64,000 nucleotides of DNA from a virus, in IMG/VR virus record IMGVR_UViG_3300043548_000722, positions 32,001 through 96,000 of that record. One strand, written 5' to 3'. A program made the translations under genes and the position numbers. The notes beneath the pieces are model-generated. The model did not search any database. It had not been told where the DNA came from and saw nothing but the letters and a program-made list of their open reading frames with translations. This document shows positions 8,505 through 18,251 of this stretch, piece after piece (the first letter of the stretch is position 1; every line of letters begins with the position of its first letter).

Positions 8505-9913
8505 TGGCACATCCGGAATTGGAGCTTATTAGCAACATCCTGTCCACAGGAGACTTCAATACACCAAAGAAGAAAGGATTGACTCCAGAGTGGTTCACGC
8601 TGGATGTCGCTCGTGATGCGTACCACTGGCTGTGGAACGAGTACCACGACCCGCAGCAGCGCGGAGAAGTACCGACCGTTGAGAGGTTCCTGCGGAAGTT
8701 TCCGGGCTTCGATTACAGCCCGAGTCGGAACTCGCTAAATGCGCTAATCACAGACGTACGGACCCAGAAGGTACAGTCTGACCTGCAAAGCATTCTCAAT
8801 GAGATGCAGGACGAGATCACGGACGGATCTGATCCGTCTCTGATCTTAGACACCTTCCTCCCGAAGATTCGGAGGATGAATGTGGAGGCCCATGAAGAAG
8901 ATGGCATCCTGCTGTCCGGTTCATTGGCCCTGCTACGTCAACAGTACAACACCCACGCCGAGTCGGGAGGGGTTGTCGGCATTCCGTACCCGTGGGAGGT
9001 TCTGAACCAAAAGACGGGTGGTATGCGAGACGAGGAGTTCATCGTCATTTACGGCCGCCCTGGCAACATGAAAACGTGGGTAGCATGCGCCATCGCGGCG
9101 AAGGCGTATCTGGAGAATCATCGCGTGATGATCTTCTCCAAGGAGATCTCACGAGAGGCGATGCTGACGCGCGTCTGTTCTGTGCTGGGTAACGTGGACT
9201 ATGATCGTCTCCGTCGAGGCATCCTGTCGGAAGAAGATGCCGACGAGTTCTTCGAGCTCATGGATGAGCTTGCGGAGTCTGAGGAAGAAGACAGCACTGG
9301 CTCTCATCACCGAGCCCTGATGTTCATGTCCGACAAGGGCAAGAAGGCAGGCTCAACAGTAGAAGACTTGATTGCCGCCGCAGAGAGGTTCCAGCCGGAC
9401 CTCATTGTGGTGGACGGCTTCTACTTGATGAAGGATGGAAGATCTGGGCAGAGAACGGCAGACTGGAAACAGATCAGCCACATCAGCCAAGACCTAAAAG
9501 CGATGGCTCAATTTGTCGGCTGCCCTGTGATTGGAACAACGCAGGCCAACCGCGCGAACGCAAAGGAACCCTCGGGAGACCTGGACGACCTGTCCTTCGC
9601 AGATGGCATTGGCCAAGACGCAGACATCGCCTTCCGCGTGTTTCGCGGTCCCAATCCATCTGGAAGAGGAGCTTCGCTTCTCTTCATCTTCTCGAAAAGC
9701 AGAGAGACAGTCATCCCTCCGTTCATCATCAATGCAAACCCTGGCTCAGACTTCAGCGTGCAGCAGTCTCATGCGAACGTAAAAGCGTTCCTTGACATGA
9801 AGAAGCAGATGGAGATGAGTGAGGGGGCGGACGACGACGACGGAAGCGGTGGCGCCCCCAAACAAGAGGCAAAGAAGAAACCAAAGAAGAGAGATGACCC
9901 ATTCCGAGCTTAG
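8504..9913 (+). CDS. dnaB: Replicative DnaB-like (SF4) helicase
   Basis: GIPYPWEVLNQKTGG, Walker A GRPGNMKT, FSKE, IVVDGFYLM, TQANR, IGQDAD. Confidence 0.92.
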   Translation: MAHPELELISNILSTGDFNTPKKKGLTPEWFTLDVARDAYHWLWNEYHDPQQRGEVPTVERFLRKFPGFDYSPSRNSLNALITDVRTQKVQSDLQSILNEMQDEITDGSDPSLILDTFLPKIRRMNVEAHEEDGILLSGSLALLRQQYNTHAESGGVVGIPYPWEVLNQKTGGMRDEEFIVIYGRPGNMKTWVACAIAAKAYLENHRVMIFSKEISREAMLTRVCSVLGNVDYDRLRRGILSEEDADEFFELMDELAESEEEDSTGSHHRALMFMSDKGKKAGSTVEDLIAAAERFQPDLIVVDGFYLMKDGRSGQRTADWKQISHISQDLKAMAQFVGCPVIGTTQANRANAKEPSGDLDDLSFADGIGQDADIAFRVFRGPNPSGRGASLLFIFSKSRETVIPPFIINANPGSDFSVQQSHANVKAFLDMKKQMEMSEGADDDDGSGGAPKQEAKKKPKKRDDPFRA

Positions 9914-10856
9914 GTTCCTGCCGGAGTTTGAAAAGTATGTCCCCGGACTCCGCGTGGGGTCCGGGGACAACTACATGGGGTTCTGCCCCATTCACGGAGA
10001 GGTGCCAGGGCAGAGTAAGCCCAGTCTTTCGGTCAATGCTGCGACGGGGCTGTGGCACTGCTTTGCGGGATGTGGCGGTGGCAACATCCGCACGTTTCTC
10101 AGGCTGCTGGGCGAGTCAAGCGCGACGATTGACCGAGTAGCGAAAAAATCATCGACAAAGAAAGCAAGACCGGCTAAGAGGGAAGCACCTCCGGATAGCC
10201 TGCCAGAGAGGCTTTTGGGGGTCTTCGACTGGTGCCCGACGAAGCTGGTGTCGGAGGGCTTCAGTGAAAAAGTGCTCTTTGAAAATGATGTAGGGTACGA
10301 CAAGAAGTTGTCGAGAGTCACGTTTCCCGTGCGAGACAAAGACGGGAAGCTGGTGGGCATCGTTGGAAAGCAGCCCACCAGTGAATTCGGAAAATACAAA
10401 GTCTATACTACCGAGCTTCTGGAGTATGGACTTCAGGTTCCCACATTCTCAAAAGGGGACCATGTTTGGCGGCTCAACAAGGTCGCGACGCAGCTCAAGA
10501 CGGAACGGAAACCCGTTTACATCGTCGAAGGCTTCAAGGCGGCGCTGTGGTTCTGCCAGGCAGGCATCAACAATGTGGTCGCGCTGATGGGCAGCCACAT
10601 GACAGATGCACAGAAGAAGCTCATTGAGAGTCTAACTTCCCAAGTGATTTTGTGTCTGGATAACGACGACGCAGGTCATGCAGGAAGTCTCAAAATCAGT
10701 CAAAAACTTCAAGCGGCACGAATTAGTGTGGTTGTGCTGCCAGAAGGCATCCACCAACCGGATGACCTGACGGCAGCAGAGCTGCGTGAACTGTGCCGCA
10801 CTCCCGTCAGTATCAGTGAGGCAAGAAGACAATGGCTCCTAAGACCATCCCCATGA
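9894..10856 (+). CDS. dnaG: DNA primase (CHC2 zinc finger + TOPRIM)
   Basis: CPIH...PSLSV...WHCFAGC, IVEGFK, VALMG, CLDNDDAG. Start likely ATG 9894 (track 9819). Confidence 0.92.
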   Translation: MTHSELRFLPEFEKYVPGLRVGSGDNYMGFCPIHGEVPGQSKPSLSVNAATGLWHCFAGCGGGNIRTFLRLLGESSATIDRVAKKSSTKKARPAKREAPPDSLPERLLGVFDWCPTKLVSEGFSEKVLFENDVGYDKKLSRVTFPVRDKDGKLVGIVGKQPTSEFGKYKVYTTELLEYGLQVPTFSKGDHVWRLNKVATQLKTERKPVYIVEGFKAALWFCQAGINNVVALMGSHMTDAQKKLIESLTSQVILCLDNDDAGHAGSLKISQKLQAARISVVVLPEGIHQPDDLTAAELRELCRTPVSISEARRQWLLRPSP

Positions 10857-11950
10857 GCGCCGGGCGCACTCGGCGCGACAGCAAAGGCAATCCCCGTGGC
10901 AAGCGTGCCGGCTGGTCGGCCAAGTGGTCCGACGAATTGAAGATCGGGAAGGACGAGTCCGCGTGGATTCAGCTGACTCCCGGTAAGTACAGCAGTGAGG
11001 AGGGCGTGCAGCCCTACTTCTCCGCCCCCATGTTCAAGCTCCAGTTCAACAACAAGTTCGGCACGACTTCCTGGGGCTACTTCCGGGGCAACGGCGGGCC
11101 GGACTGCACGCTTCAGAAGCTTGCGGACTCGAACAACCCGAATGTGCAGGAGCCCAAGTACGGCGAGCCCAACCGCTTCTACGTGGGCATCATTCACTAC
11201 GCCCTCTACCACAAGACCCCGATTGAGAAGAATGGGCAGGTCATTACCTACTCGGAAGGCAAGCTGAAGGGTCAGCCCGTCTACCAGTGGAATGAGGTCA
11301 AGTCGGTGCGTGAGAAGAAGCAGCTTCTCACCGCTGGAGACGTGGACTCCCTGGGGTTCTATCGCAAGAAGTTCCTGGAGCTTCCGGCCACCCAGTTCAA
11401 GGTGGTGCAGGAGATTGCCCGCAAGGCGCGTTCGATCTGCAAGTGCGGCGGCACACTGTTCCCCTCGGTGTTCGTCTGCCCGGCTTGCGAGAACGTCCTG
11501 CTCGACACGAATGAGTCGGACATGACGGACTCGGAGATCATGAACTACGCCGACCAGGACATTCGCTGCCGCCACTGTGGCGCGGTGGAGTTCCCGCGCG
11601 CGGAGTACGACTGTGACTCCTGCGCGGATCCTCGGCCCCACGAGTACCATGAGGTCGTGGCCAAGCTCAAGAAGGTCACCGGACCCACGGGCTACCCGAC
11701 GATTGCGCTGGACTCCGTGGTTCCGGTCACCGAGTTCACCATGGAGAACAAGCAGTGCCCCGTGACGGTCAATGGAGAGGGAGCCCTCACCTACGACGAG
11801 TCCTTGGATAATCTGATGAAGAATCAGTTTGACTTCGAGGAGTACACCAAGCCTCGGACAAACGCAGAGTACGCGGAGATGCTGGGCTTGCGTGAGGGCG
11901 ACATCGGGTTCGCCTCTTCCGCCAAGCGGTACAACAACTTCCGCGGCTAA
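10832..11950 (+). CDS. Probable single-stranded DNA-binding protein with multiple Cys pairs
   Basis: Located between primase and polymerase; strong codon bias; own terminator; CKC, CPAC, CRHC, CDSC motifs. Function inferred from position. Confidence 0.5.
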   Translation: MAPKTIPMSAGRTRRDSKGNPRGKRAGWSAKWSDELKIGKDESAWIQLTPGKYSSEEGVQPYFSAPMFKLQFNNKFGTTSWGYFRGNGGPDCTLQKLADSNNPNVQEPKYGEPNRFYVGIIHYALYHKTPIEKNGQVITYSEGKLKGQPVYQWNEVKSVREKKQLLTAGDVDSLGFYRKKFLELPATQFKVVQEIARKARSICKCGGTLFPSVFVCPACENVLLDTNESDMTDSEIMNYADQDIRCRHCGAVEFPRAEYDCDSCADPRPHEYHEVVAKLKKVTGPTGYPTIALDSVVPVTEFTMENKQCPVTVNGEGALTYDESLDNLMKNQFDFEEYTKPRTNAEYAEMLGLREGDIGFASSAKRYNNFRG

Positions 11951-11956
11951 TCACTG

Positions 11957-11989
11957 CCGAGGGGCCCCTTCTGGGGCCCCTCGGTCTTT
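11957..11989 (+). terminator. Intrinsic terminator hairpin
   Basis: CCGAGGGGCCCC-TTCT-GGGGCCCCTCGG, a 12-bp stem followed by TCTTT. Confidence 0.75.
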
Positions 11990-12000
11990 GCGGAGGAACC

Positions 12001-14406
12001 ATGCGCTATCAGTTCATTGACACGCCGCTGCCGATGTACGTCTTCTCCGAGGAGGAGGCCAAGAAGCTTGCAGCCCATATGATGACGCTTCCCAGGGTCG
12101 GGTTTGACACCGAGACCACGGGGCTCGATAAGCTCGGTGCGCGGATCAAGTTCTTTTCCTTCGGCTACGAAGGAATGCGGTTTTGCGCCCCAGTACGCCT
12201 GCTTCCGGTGTTCCAGCCTGTTCTGGAGAACCCAGAGATCCGGAAGTGCATGACAAACGCAAAGTTCGACATGCACATGGCCGCCAATCACGGCATTCAC
12301 ATCGCGGGGCACATCTACGACACCGTGTCGATGGACTGGCTTCACGATGAGAACCGACAGGGCCGGCACGGTCTAAAGCAGTGCGCGGCGGACTATCTCG
12401 GCCTCAAGATGGCTCCGTTCTCGGAAGTGTTTGGAGGAGTGGGGACCACAGACAGAGAAGTCGAAACTTTGTGCCGAATGCACGATGCCCTTGAGACTGC
12501 CGATACGTCTCTGGCACTGGAGATCCTGGCGCTGATTGGCCAGATTGACATGGATCCTGATGACCTCGAGGACATGCAGACCGTCTCCAAGAAGCTCGGA
12601 TTGGGGCGAAAGGATCACTCCAAACTTCTGCCGGCTACCAAAGTTCTAAAGATCGCCAGAAAACACGGGCTCTGCCCAACCACTCGCGGAAAGTCTGGCT
12701 ACGTCAGCGATTTTTACGAACTTCTTGGGATGGGCCCCGTCGCGGACAAAGAGCGCGATTCGCACAAGGACGCACTCGTTGATCCGGACGCGCTCATTGA
12801 GGCGCACGAGTTCATTCTCGGGCACTTGGCGAAGGCTTCGGAGAATGAGCTGTCTCCGCTCGACATGATCACGCTGCTTGTCGGTGACTACGCGTCTCTC
12901 GACGCCTGGGCGACATTCAAGCTCACAGAAGAGCTTGAGTCGCTACTCTCGAAAGAGAACATCAACCCCGACATGACATTGCTCGATTACTACAACGACG
13001 TCTCTGCGACGTTCATCCGGATTCTGTGGATGATGGAGCGTCGCGGGTTTCAGCTGGACGTCGATGCGATTCAGGCACTCGCCGCTCCGATGGTCATGGA
13101 CATCGACCGCCTTGAGCGCGAGTTTGTCGCACAAGTCGGCTGGGAGATCAATCCAAACAGCCCGACTCAGCTTGTCGATCTCTTCTTCACAACGAAGGGC
13201 GGACAGTGGCTAGATCCGTTTGGCAATCCCGCACGCAAGCTCAGCAGCGGCGGAACAACGGGCGTGAAGAAGCCCTCAGTCAGCAAGGAGGTCATTGAAG
13301 AATGGGCAGAGAAGGGAAACCCGCTAGCACAACTTCTTCAGGAACACAGAGTCTTGAAGAAATTGCACAGCACCTATATCGACGCATTGCCGAGAACCGT
13401 CGATGCGCGAAGGCGGATCCACACGGACCTCAAGAGCGCGGGAACGGTCACTGGCCGTCTGTCATCCGGAGAGCCAAACCTTCAGAACATTCCGGCTCGT
13501 GGTAACTGGGGCCGCAGAATCCGAGAGTTCTTCATCGCCGGGCAGTGGGGATCTTGCGATGACTGGTATCTGCCGGATGTAGCGCACATTCAGTCCCCGA
13601 AGTATCCGCGCGACCAAGAAATGCTACTGATCGTGGCTGACTACGAGCAGCTCGAAATGCGGATCATGGCTCACATGAGCGAAGATCCCCGGATGATCGA
13701 CACGATTCGCAGCGGCAAGGACCTGCACTCCATGACGGGGGCACTTGCGGTTGGCGCGAACTATGACGACATCGCGGCTGCAAAGAAAGCTGAGCATCCG
13801 ACCAAGGAACAGCTCGAGCTTCTTGAGCTTCGGAGTCAGATGAAGGCAGTCGGCTTCGGACTTCTGTACGGGATCGGCCCCAAGAAGCTTGGCCAACAAC
13901 TTGGCCTGAAGATGGTCAAGAAGTACGGACGAAACGGGATAAACTACGAAACCTGTCCCGAAGCAGAGGAGCTTATCGAGAAGTACTTCTCCATCTACCC
14001 GAAGGTACAAGAGTTCATCGACGACACTCATTACCAGTGCGAAAATGATCTCTTTGTACAGACGATCATTGGGAGGTATCGCCGCCTTCCCGATATCTTG
14101 TCAAAGGAACGTGGCCTGGCGATGCAGGCTCAGCGGCAATCGGTTAACTCAAGAATTCAAGGTTCCGCCGCCGATATTGCCATTCAGGCGATGATCAACT
14201 GTGAGAGTAACGAGGCCCTTCGCGAACTCGGGGTTCGGATGCTGTTGCAGATCCACGACGAGCTCGTGTTCGAGGTTCCGAACATTCCAGACGTTGTCGA
14301 CCAGGCAAAGATCCACATCCGCAGCTGCATGGAGAACCCGTATCCCATGCGCGTTCCCATCCTGATTTCGATGGACTCTGCTCGGTCCTGGGGAGAGGCG
14401 AAGTGA
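12001..14406 (+). CDS. polA: Family A DNA polymerase (3'-5' exonuclease + polymerase, no 5'-3' exonuclease)
   Basis: ExoI FDTETTG, ExoII NAKFD, ExoIII YASLD, TGRLSS..PNLQNIP, motif A DYEQLEMR, motif B R...KAVGFGLLYG, motif C QIHDEL. Confidence 0.97.
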   Translation: MRYQFIDTPLPMYVFSEEEAKKLAAHMMTLPRVGFDTETTGLDKLGARIKFFSFGYEGMRFCAPVRLLPVFQPVLENPEIRKCMTNAKFDMHMAANHGIHIAGHIYDTVSMDWLHDENRQGRHGLKQCAADYLGLKMAPFSEVFGGVGTTDREVETLCRMHDALETADTSLALEILALIGQIDMDPDDLEDMQTVSKKLGLGRKDHSKLLPATKVLKIARKHGLCPTTRGKSGYVSDFYELLGMGPVADKERDSHKDALVDPDALIEAHEFILGHLAKASENELSPLDMITLLVGDYASLDAWATFKLTEELESLLSKENINPDMTLLDYYNDVSATFIRILWMMERRGFQLDVDAIQALAAPMVMDIDRLEREFVAQVGWEINPNSPTQLVDLFFTTKGGQWLDPFGNPARKLSSGGTTGVKKPSVSKEVIEEWAEKGNPLAQLLQEHRVLKKLHSTYIDALPRTVDARRRIHTDLKSAGTVTGRLSSGEPNLQNIPARGNWGRRIREFFIAGQWGSCDDWYLPDVAHIQSPKYPRDQEMLLIVADYEQLEMRIMAHMSEDPRMIDTIRSGKDLHSMTGALAVGANYDDIAAAKKAEHPTKEQLELLELRSQMKAVGFGLLYGIGPKKLGQQLGLKMVKKYGRNGINYETCPEAEELIEKYFSIYPKVQEFIDDTHYQCENDLFVQTIIGRYRRLPDILSKERGLAMQAQRQSVNSRIQGSAADIAIQAMINCESNEALRELGVRMLLQIHDELVFEVPNIPDVVDQAKIHIRSCMENPYPMRVPILISMDSARSWGEAK

Positions 14407-14720
14407 CACAGGCCGAGCTGGAGAGGGCGATCTGCAAGAGGACCGGGCTACCAGACTCGGTCGTTGCGCTCGTGCTCACAACTCTCAAAGACCTGATCTC
14501 GGAGAGCCTCGAAAGACAGCAGGATGTTGTCTTTCGAGGGCTCTTTCGCATCTCATCTCGAGTACGGGAGATCAACTCATTTCAGACTGCTGTCGGTTCG
14601 AACGAGCCCAAGAGGGCCACAGCGTATAAACTTGTCCTGGGGATCCACCCCGTTCCTGCTTTCCGAAAGGAGCTAAACAAATGGACAAGTACGCTGTCGT
14701 CCTCGATGACCAACACGTAA
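14403..14720 (+). CDS. HU/IHF-like DNA-binding protein
   Basis: MTQAELERAICKRTGL...V...L..L...I.E.L....V.FRGLF...FRKELN pattern. Confidence 0.75.
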   Translation: MTQAELERAICKRTGLPDSVVALVLTTLKDLISESLERQQDVVFRGLFRISSRVREINSFQTAVGSNEPKRATAYKLVLGIHPVPAFRKELNKWTSTLSSSMTNT

Positions 14721-14860
14721 AGACCGCGATGGAGGGCAAGGGCTCGTGCCCTTCCTGCGGCTCAAGAAAAGTCGACAACCGGGGTCTCACTCCGGTCTGT
14801 CCCAACTGCGGCACCCGCCCGTGGGAGAAGCATGGCTCGCGCCAAGAAGGAAGAAAGTAA
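14681..14860 (+). CDS. Small zinc-ribbon protein (59 aa, not in ORF track)
   Basis: AAGGAG RBS; MDKYAVVLDDQHVKTAMEGKGSCPSCGSRKVDNRGLTPVCPNCGTRPWEKHGSRQEGRK; fills the gap between HU and RecA. Confidence 0.7.
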   Translation: MDKYAVVLDDQHVKTAMEGKGSCPSCGSRKVDNRGLTPVCPNCGTRPWEKHGSRQEGRK

Positions 14861-15974
14861 CGCTCAGGCGGCCATCAACAAAATCAAGAGCAAGTACCCC
14901 GGCAAGGTCTTCACTGCCGGAGAGTACACGATGCCCTGGAAGGTCAAGAGACTACCGACGGGAGTTCTTGACCTCGACATCGCGCTGGGCGGAGGTCTTC
15001 CTGCCGGCGGGATGACCTTCCTCACCGGCAAGCAGGGAGTTGGAAAGAACTGGCTGGTCAACCAAGTCATTCGCCAGCACCAAGAACGACATGGGGACAA
15101 GACAACGGTCGCCGTCGTCTCGACTGAGATGGTCTACGACAAGGAGTACGCGCAGCTTTGCGGAGTTCGCGTTGCGATGTCGGACATGGAGATCTCCCTC
15201 TTGCGGGATCAGTACGAAGCAAACGATGAGGCCTTCCCCGCAGACTATGAGGAGAAACTCCGCAGGCAGGTCGGTGAGTTCATCACGGTTCCTCCTGCGC
15301 TTGCAGAGGAGTCTCTCCAGATTGCGATCGAGCTAATTGAGACCAGAGAGTTTGACATCGTCGTCATTGACTCCTTCGGATCGTTGCTGACGGAGCACGA
15401 CGAGGAGAGCAATCTCAGCGAGCCGAACCGAGTGGGCGGTGCTGCGCTTCTCAACACGCGCTTTGCGCGCAAACTGAACGCGGCACTCGGTCCTGACAAG
15501 GACGGCAATCCGAACCTCACTTGTGTCATCGGGATCAACCAGGTCCGCGACAACACCGACCGCGCCAACAAGTACTCCCCAAAGACAGTTGAGGCGGGAG
15601 GATGGGCACTCAAGCACGCGCGCTGGGTCACGATTGAGATGTCGCCGCAGGCGAAGGTCCGCGATGGTGACCTCACCACTGGAAAGACAGTGCGGTGGGA
15701 GATCACCAAGCAGAAGGCTGGAGGTCACGAAGGAGCCTCTGGCACCTACGACTACCTGTTCAAGCACACGGGCATCAATCGCGCAGCGCACTCGATTGCT
15801 GTTGCGGCCGATTACGAAGTCATGTCGAGAAAGGGGGCCTGGTACTTCTACCAAGGTCAGCAGATTGGGCAGGGACTCGATTCAGCGGTGAAGTTCGTCC
15901 TCGACAATGGGCTTCTCCAGAAGATTGAAGACGACACGATGCGAGCGGCGGGCATCCGCTGCTCGTACGGGTGA
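14832..15974 (+). CDS. recA: RecA-family recombinase
   Basis: PTGVLDLDIALGGGLPAG, Walker A GKQGVGKN, VVIDS, INQVR, GGWALKH, KGAWYFY...IGQG. Confidence 0.93.
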   Translation: MARAKKEESNAQAAINKIKSKYPGKVFTAGEYTMPWKVKRLPTGVLDLDIALGGGLPAGGMTFLTGKQGVGKNWLVNQVIRQHQERHGDKTTVAVVSTEMVYDKEYAQLCGVRVAMSDMEISLLRDQYEANDEAFPADYEEKLRRQVGEFITVPPALAEESLQIAIELIETREFDIVVIDSFGSLLTEHDEESNLSEPNRVGGAALLNTRFARKLNAALGPDKDGNPNLTCVIGINQVRDNTDRANKYSPKTVEAGGWALKHARWVTIEMSPQAKVRDGDLTTGKTVRWEITKQKAGGHEGASGTYDYLFKHTGINRAAHSIAVAADYEVMSRKGAWYFYQGQQIGQGLDSAVKFVLDNGLLQKIEDDTMRAAGIRCSYG

Positions 15975-16441
15975 GCCGGAGGCCAACGTGCCCCGTCTGT
16001 AGCGGAGTCAATCTGGTTCCGTGGTCGTTGGGAAAGGTCCGCTGTCGCACATGCGACCGGGCCTTTCCCCGCCACGAGATCCAGTCCGAGGAGTACGTTC
16101 CTCGGGCTCCGCGAAGCCAAAGCACTCGCGCTCAGGCTGACAAGCAGGAGCGTCGAGTTGCTAAGGACCTCGGGGCACGCCAAACGATTGCATCCGGGCA
16201 GACGCCCGTGGACAAAGGAGACATCAAGTCGGACCTGGTTCGTGTGGAATGTAAATACACCGATAGTAAGTCATACTCTCTAAAGGCAGCGGATTTAGTC
16301 AAGATTGCCGGGCAGGCAACCAAGGACCAAATTCCACTGTTCTATGTTGAGTTCAGGACTGAGGGGGAAGGCTACTACGTCATCCCTGAGCACTGGTTCC
16401 TTCAACTTCTCGAGAAGTACAAAGATGATCAGGACGATTAA
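15971..16441 (+). CDS. PD-(D/E)xK endonuclease, Hjc-like Holliday junction resolvase, with N-terminal zinc ribbon
   Basis: CPVC...CRTC; QERRVAK..G...ASG...KGDI...VECKYT. Confidence 0.75.
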   Translation: MSRRPTCPVCSGVNLVPWSLGKVRCRTCDRAFPRHEIQSEEYVPRAPRSQSTRAQADKQERRVAKDLGARQTIASGQTPVDKGDIKSDLVRVECKYTDSKSYSLKAADLVKIAGQATKDQIPLFYVEFRTEGEGYYVIPEHWFLQLLEKYKDDQDD

Positions 16442-17234
16442 GGACCTTGAGGGTCTCTCTGCCGAAGAGATTGAGGCCGTGCGCAAAAGCATCAACATGC
16501 GCTGCTACTACTACATGGGCGTGAAGAAGTTGGGCCAGCAGGAGGGCATGACGCTCACCGAATACACGGCATGGAAGGCAATTCCGGCGGATGAACCTTG
16601 CCGTGCCTGCCACGGGACCGGAACCTGGAAGAAGCCCGAGCGCAGCGTGGGCACGATTCACGCAAGCTCGGCGGCCTCCTGTGTTCGCCGCCTCTACTAC
16701 GATGTCGATGCAAGCATTCGTCCCAAGTCAGTGATCTCCCCAGAGTTGCAGATCACCTTCGCGATGGGCCACGCGATTCACGATGTTGTGCAGAAGGCGC
16801 TGCATGCCGCGCTGCCTGGTAAGTTCGCGGATGAGATGACGGTCGATCTGGACGAGGCGATGGTACTCGGCAGTCACACGGACGGCGTCGCCGAGATTGA
16901 GCAGGCTCGGGTCCTCGTCGAGATCAAAAGTATTGGCAAAGAATTCGACACGCTCGTGAAGCCGAAGGACGATCACATTACGCAGGCTGTGGCCATCTAC
17001 GCCAAGGCCCTCGAAGTCCCGTTCATCAGCTTCTTGTATGTCAGCAAGTCGTGGCCCCACAACGTCAAAGAATTTGTGATGGTCTACGACGAGAAGTACT
17101 ACCGCAGATGGTGGAAGAACAAGGGCCAGGTCGTAGACCTTGCGCTTGAGAAGGGGGAACCTCCGATCGCCGATGCGTCAAAGGACGATTGCGGGTTCTG
17201 CCCGTATTCCTATCACTGCCCTCAAAAGCTGTGA
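16425..17234 (+). CDS. Cas4-like PD-(D/E)xK exonuclease
   Basis: ASSAASCVRRLYY, G.AIH, HTDG, VEIKS, Q...Y, C-terminal CGFCPY..HC. Start likely ATG 16425 (track 16305). Confidence 0.85.
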   Translation: MIRTIKDLEGLSAEEIEAVRKSINMRCYYYMGVKKLGQQEGMTLTEYTAWKAIPADEPCRACHGTGTWKKPERSVGTIHASSAASCVRRLYYDVDASIRPKSVISPELQITFAMGHAIHDVVQKALHAALPGKFADEMTVDLDEAMVLGSHTDGVAEIEQARVLVEIKSIGKEFDTLVKPKDDHITQAVAIYAKALEVPFISFLYVSKSWPHNVKEFVMVYDEKYYRRWWKNKGQVVDLALEKGEPPIADASKDDCGFCPYSYHCPQKL

Positions 17235-17242
17235 GGTGAAGG

Positions 17243-17788
17243 ATGACGAAGCGCGCAGCCACGGACTTTACCGTAACCCTGGAAGACGGGGAAGAGATGT
17301 ACTCGGGGGCCGCAGATCGGGCTCTCCAAAGAATTGAGAAGCTTGGCCTGGAGATCCCTGCGCGCCCCGTCGATTCCAGCGGACAGCCGTTCGATGGAAG
17401 GCTCCCGTCAAACGTGGCGGACTTCACCACGAGGGAACTGGCGGAAGTCTACACCTTGATGTGTAACTACGCGGATTATCTTGAGAACCTCCACACGGTC
17501 GCACGCGCAGAGGTTCTCAACTCCGACCGCCGTCTCAAACTGACCAAGGCGCTGGTCCGCAAGACCAAGCCGGGCACAGCACAGGAAAAAGACGACCAGT
17601 GCCTCACGGATGTTCGGTACATCGAGGCGGACGTGGCCTACGTGGAGGCTGCGACCTACCAGGAACTCCTGGAAGGGTTGGCCAAGGCGGCGTCGCGGGA
17701 TCGGTCGGTCCTCAGCCGGCTGATTGAGACAAAGAAGATGGAGCTGGACAATAAGCGGAGGGACAACAATGCTCGAGTATACCGATAG
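17243..17788 (+). CDS. Helical hypothetical protein (possible UvsY-like recombination mediator)
   Basis: 181 aa; GAGG/AAGGA upstream; long helical C-terminal half; recombination gene context. Confidence 0.6.
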   Translation: MTKRAATDFTVTLEDGEEMYSGAADRALQRIEKLGLEIPARPVDSSGQPFDGRLPSNVADFTTRELAEVYTLMCNYADYLENLHTVARAEVLNSDRRLKLTKALVRKTKPGTAQEKDDQCLTDVRYIEADVAYVEAATYQELLEGLAKAASRDRSVLSRLIETKKMELDNKRRDNNARVYR

Positions 17789-18251
17789 TCTGAGGTTGTG
17801 GGTCCCCTTCCTCCCTCCGTCCGAAAACCGGATCCGCGTTCATCGGAGACAGGGCGGCCAGGTCTATTCGAAGGAAGCACGCGACTTTCAGACGCTTTTC
17901 GCAGATCATCTGCGGACTTCCTTCTTCACTGACTTGGCCGCGTTCGTCCAAGGTCATACAGAGAAGAGCCTGTATGTGCTCCGGATGGTGTTCCACTTCG
18001 ACACTGTCATCAACAGTGGATGGGCTAAAAACCAAGCAAAAACACTCTATAAGAAGTTTGACGTGGGCAATCGACGTAAGTTGATTGAAGACTGCCTCTC
18101 CACTGCGCTCGACATTGACGACTCAGTGTTCTTCGAGGTGCAGCTTGTGAAGCGCATGAGCCAGACTGGGGAGGGTGTTGAGATCCTTCTTACCCGTGCT
18201 CCTCCGTCTTCCTTCGGAGTCCCAGATGTCAGACGAATTCAACAAAAGTGA
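17769..18251 (+). CDS. rusA: RusA-like Holliday junction resolvase
   Basis: PPSEN, DVGNRRKLIEDCL....DDS (DxxNxxKxxxD...DD motif). Start likely ATG 17769. Confidence 0.8.
   Translation: MLEYTDSLRLWVPFLPPSENRIRVHRRQGGQVYSKEARDFQTLFADHLRTSFFTDLAAFVQGHTEKSLYVLRMVFHFDTVINSGWAKNQAKTLYKKFDVGNRRKLIEDCLSTALDIDDSVFFEVQLVKRMSQTGEGVEILLTRAPPSSFGVPDVRRIQQK

Noticed and set aside
10709-11650. 313-aa minus-strand ORF
   Set aside because: Antisense to the codon-biased SSB candidate; no independent evidence.
12436-12870. Intein or intron in the polymerase
   Set aside because: Frame is continuous; no Cys/Ser start with His-Asn end and no homing endonuclease motif.
14681-14860. HVKTAM in the small zinc-ribbon protein as a KxA leader
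   Set aside because: A single three-residue match in a replication operon gene is expected by chance, so it is not counted as part of the system.
16425-17234. Cas4-like gene as evidence of CRISPR-Cas
   Set aside because: No repeat-spacer array or other cas genes seen; solo Cas4-like nucleases are common in phage recombination modules.
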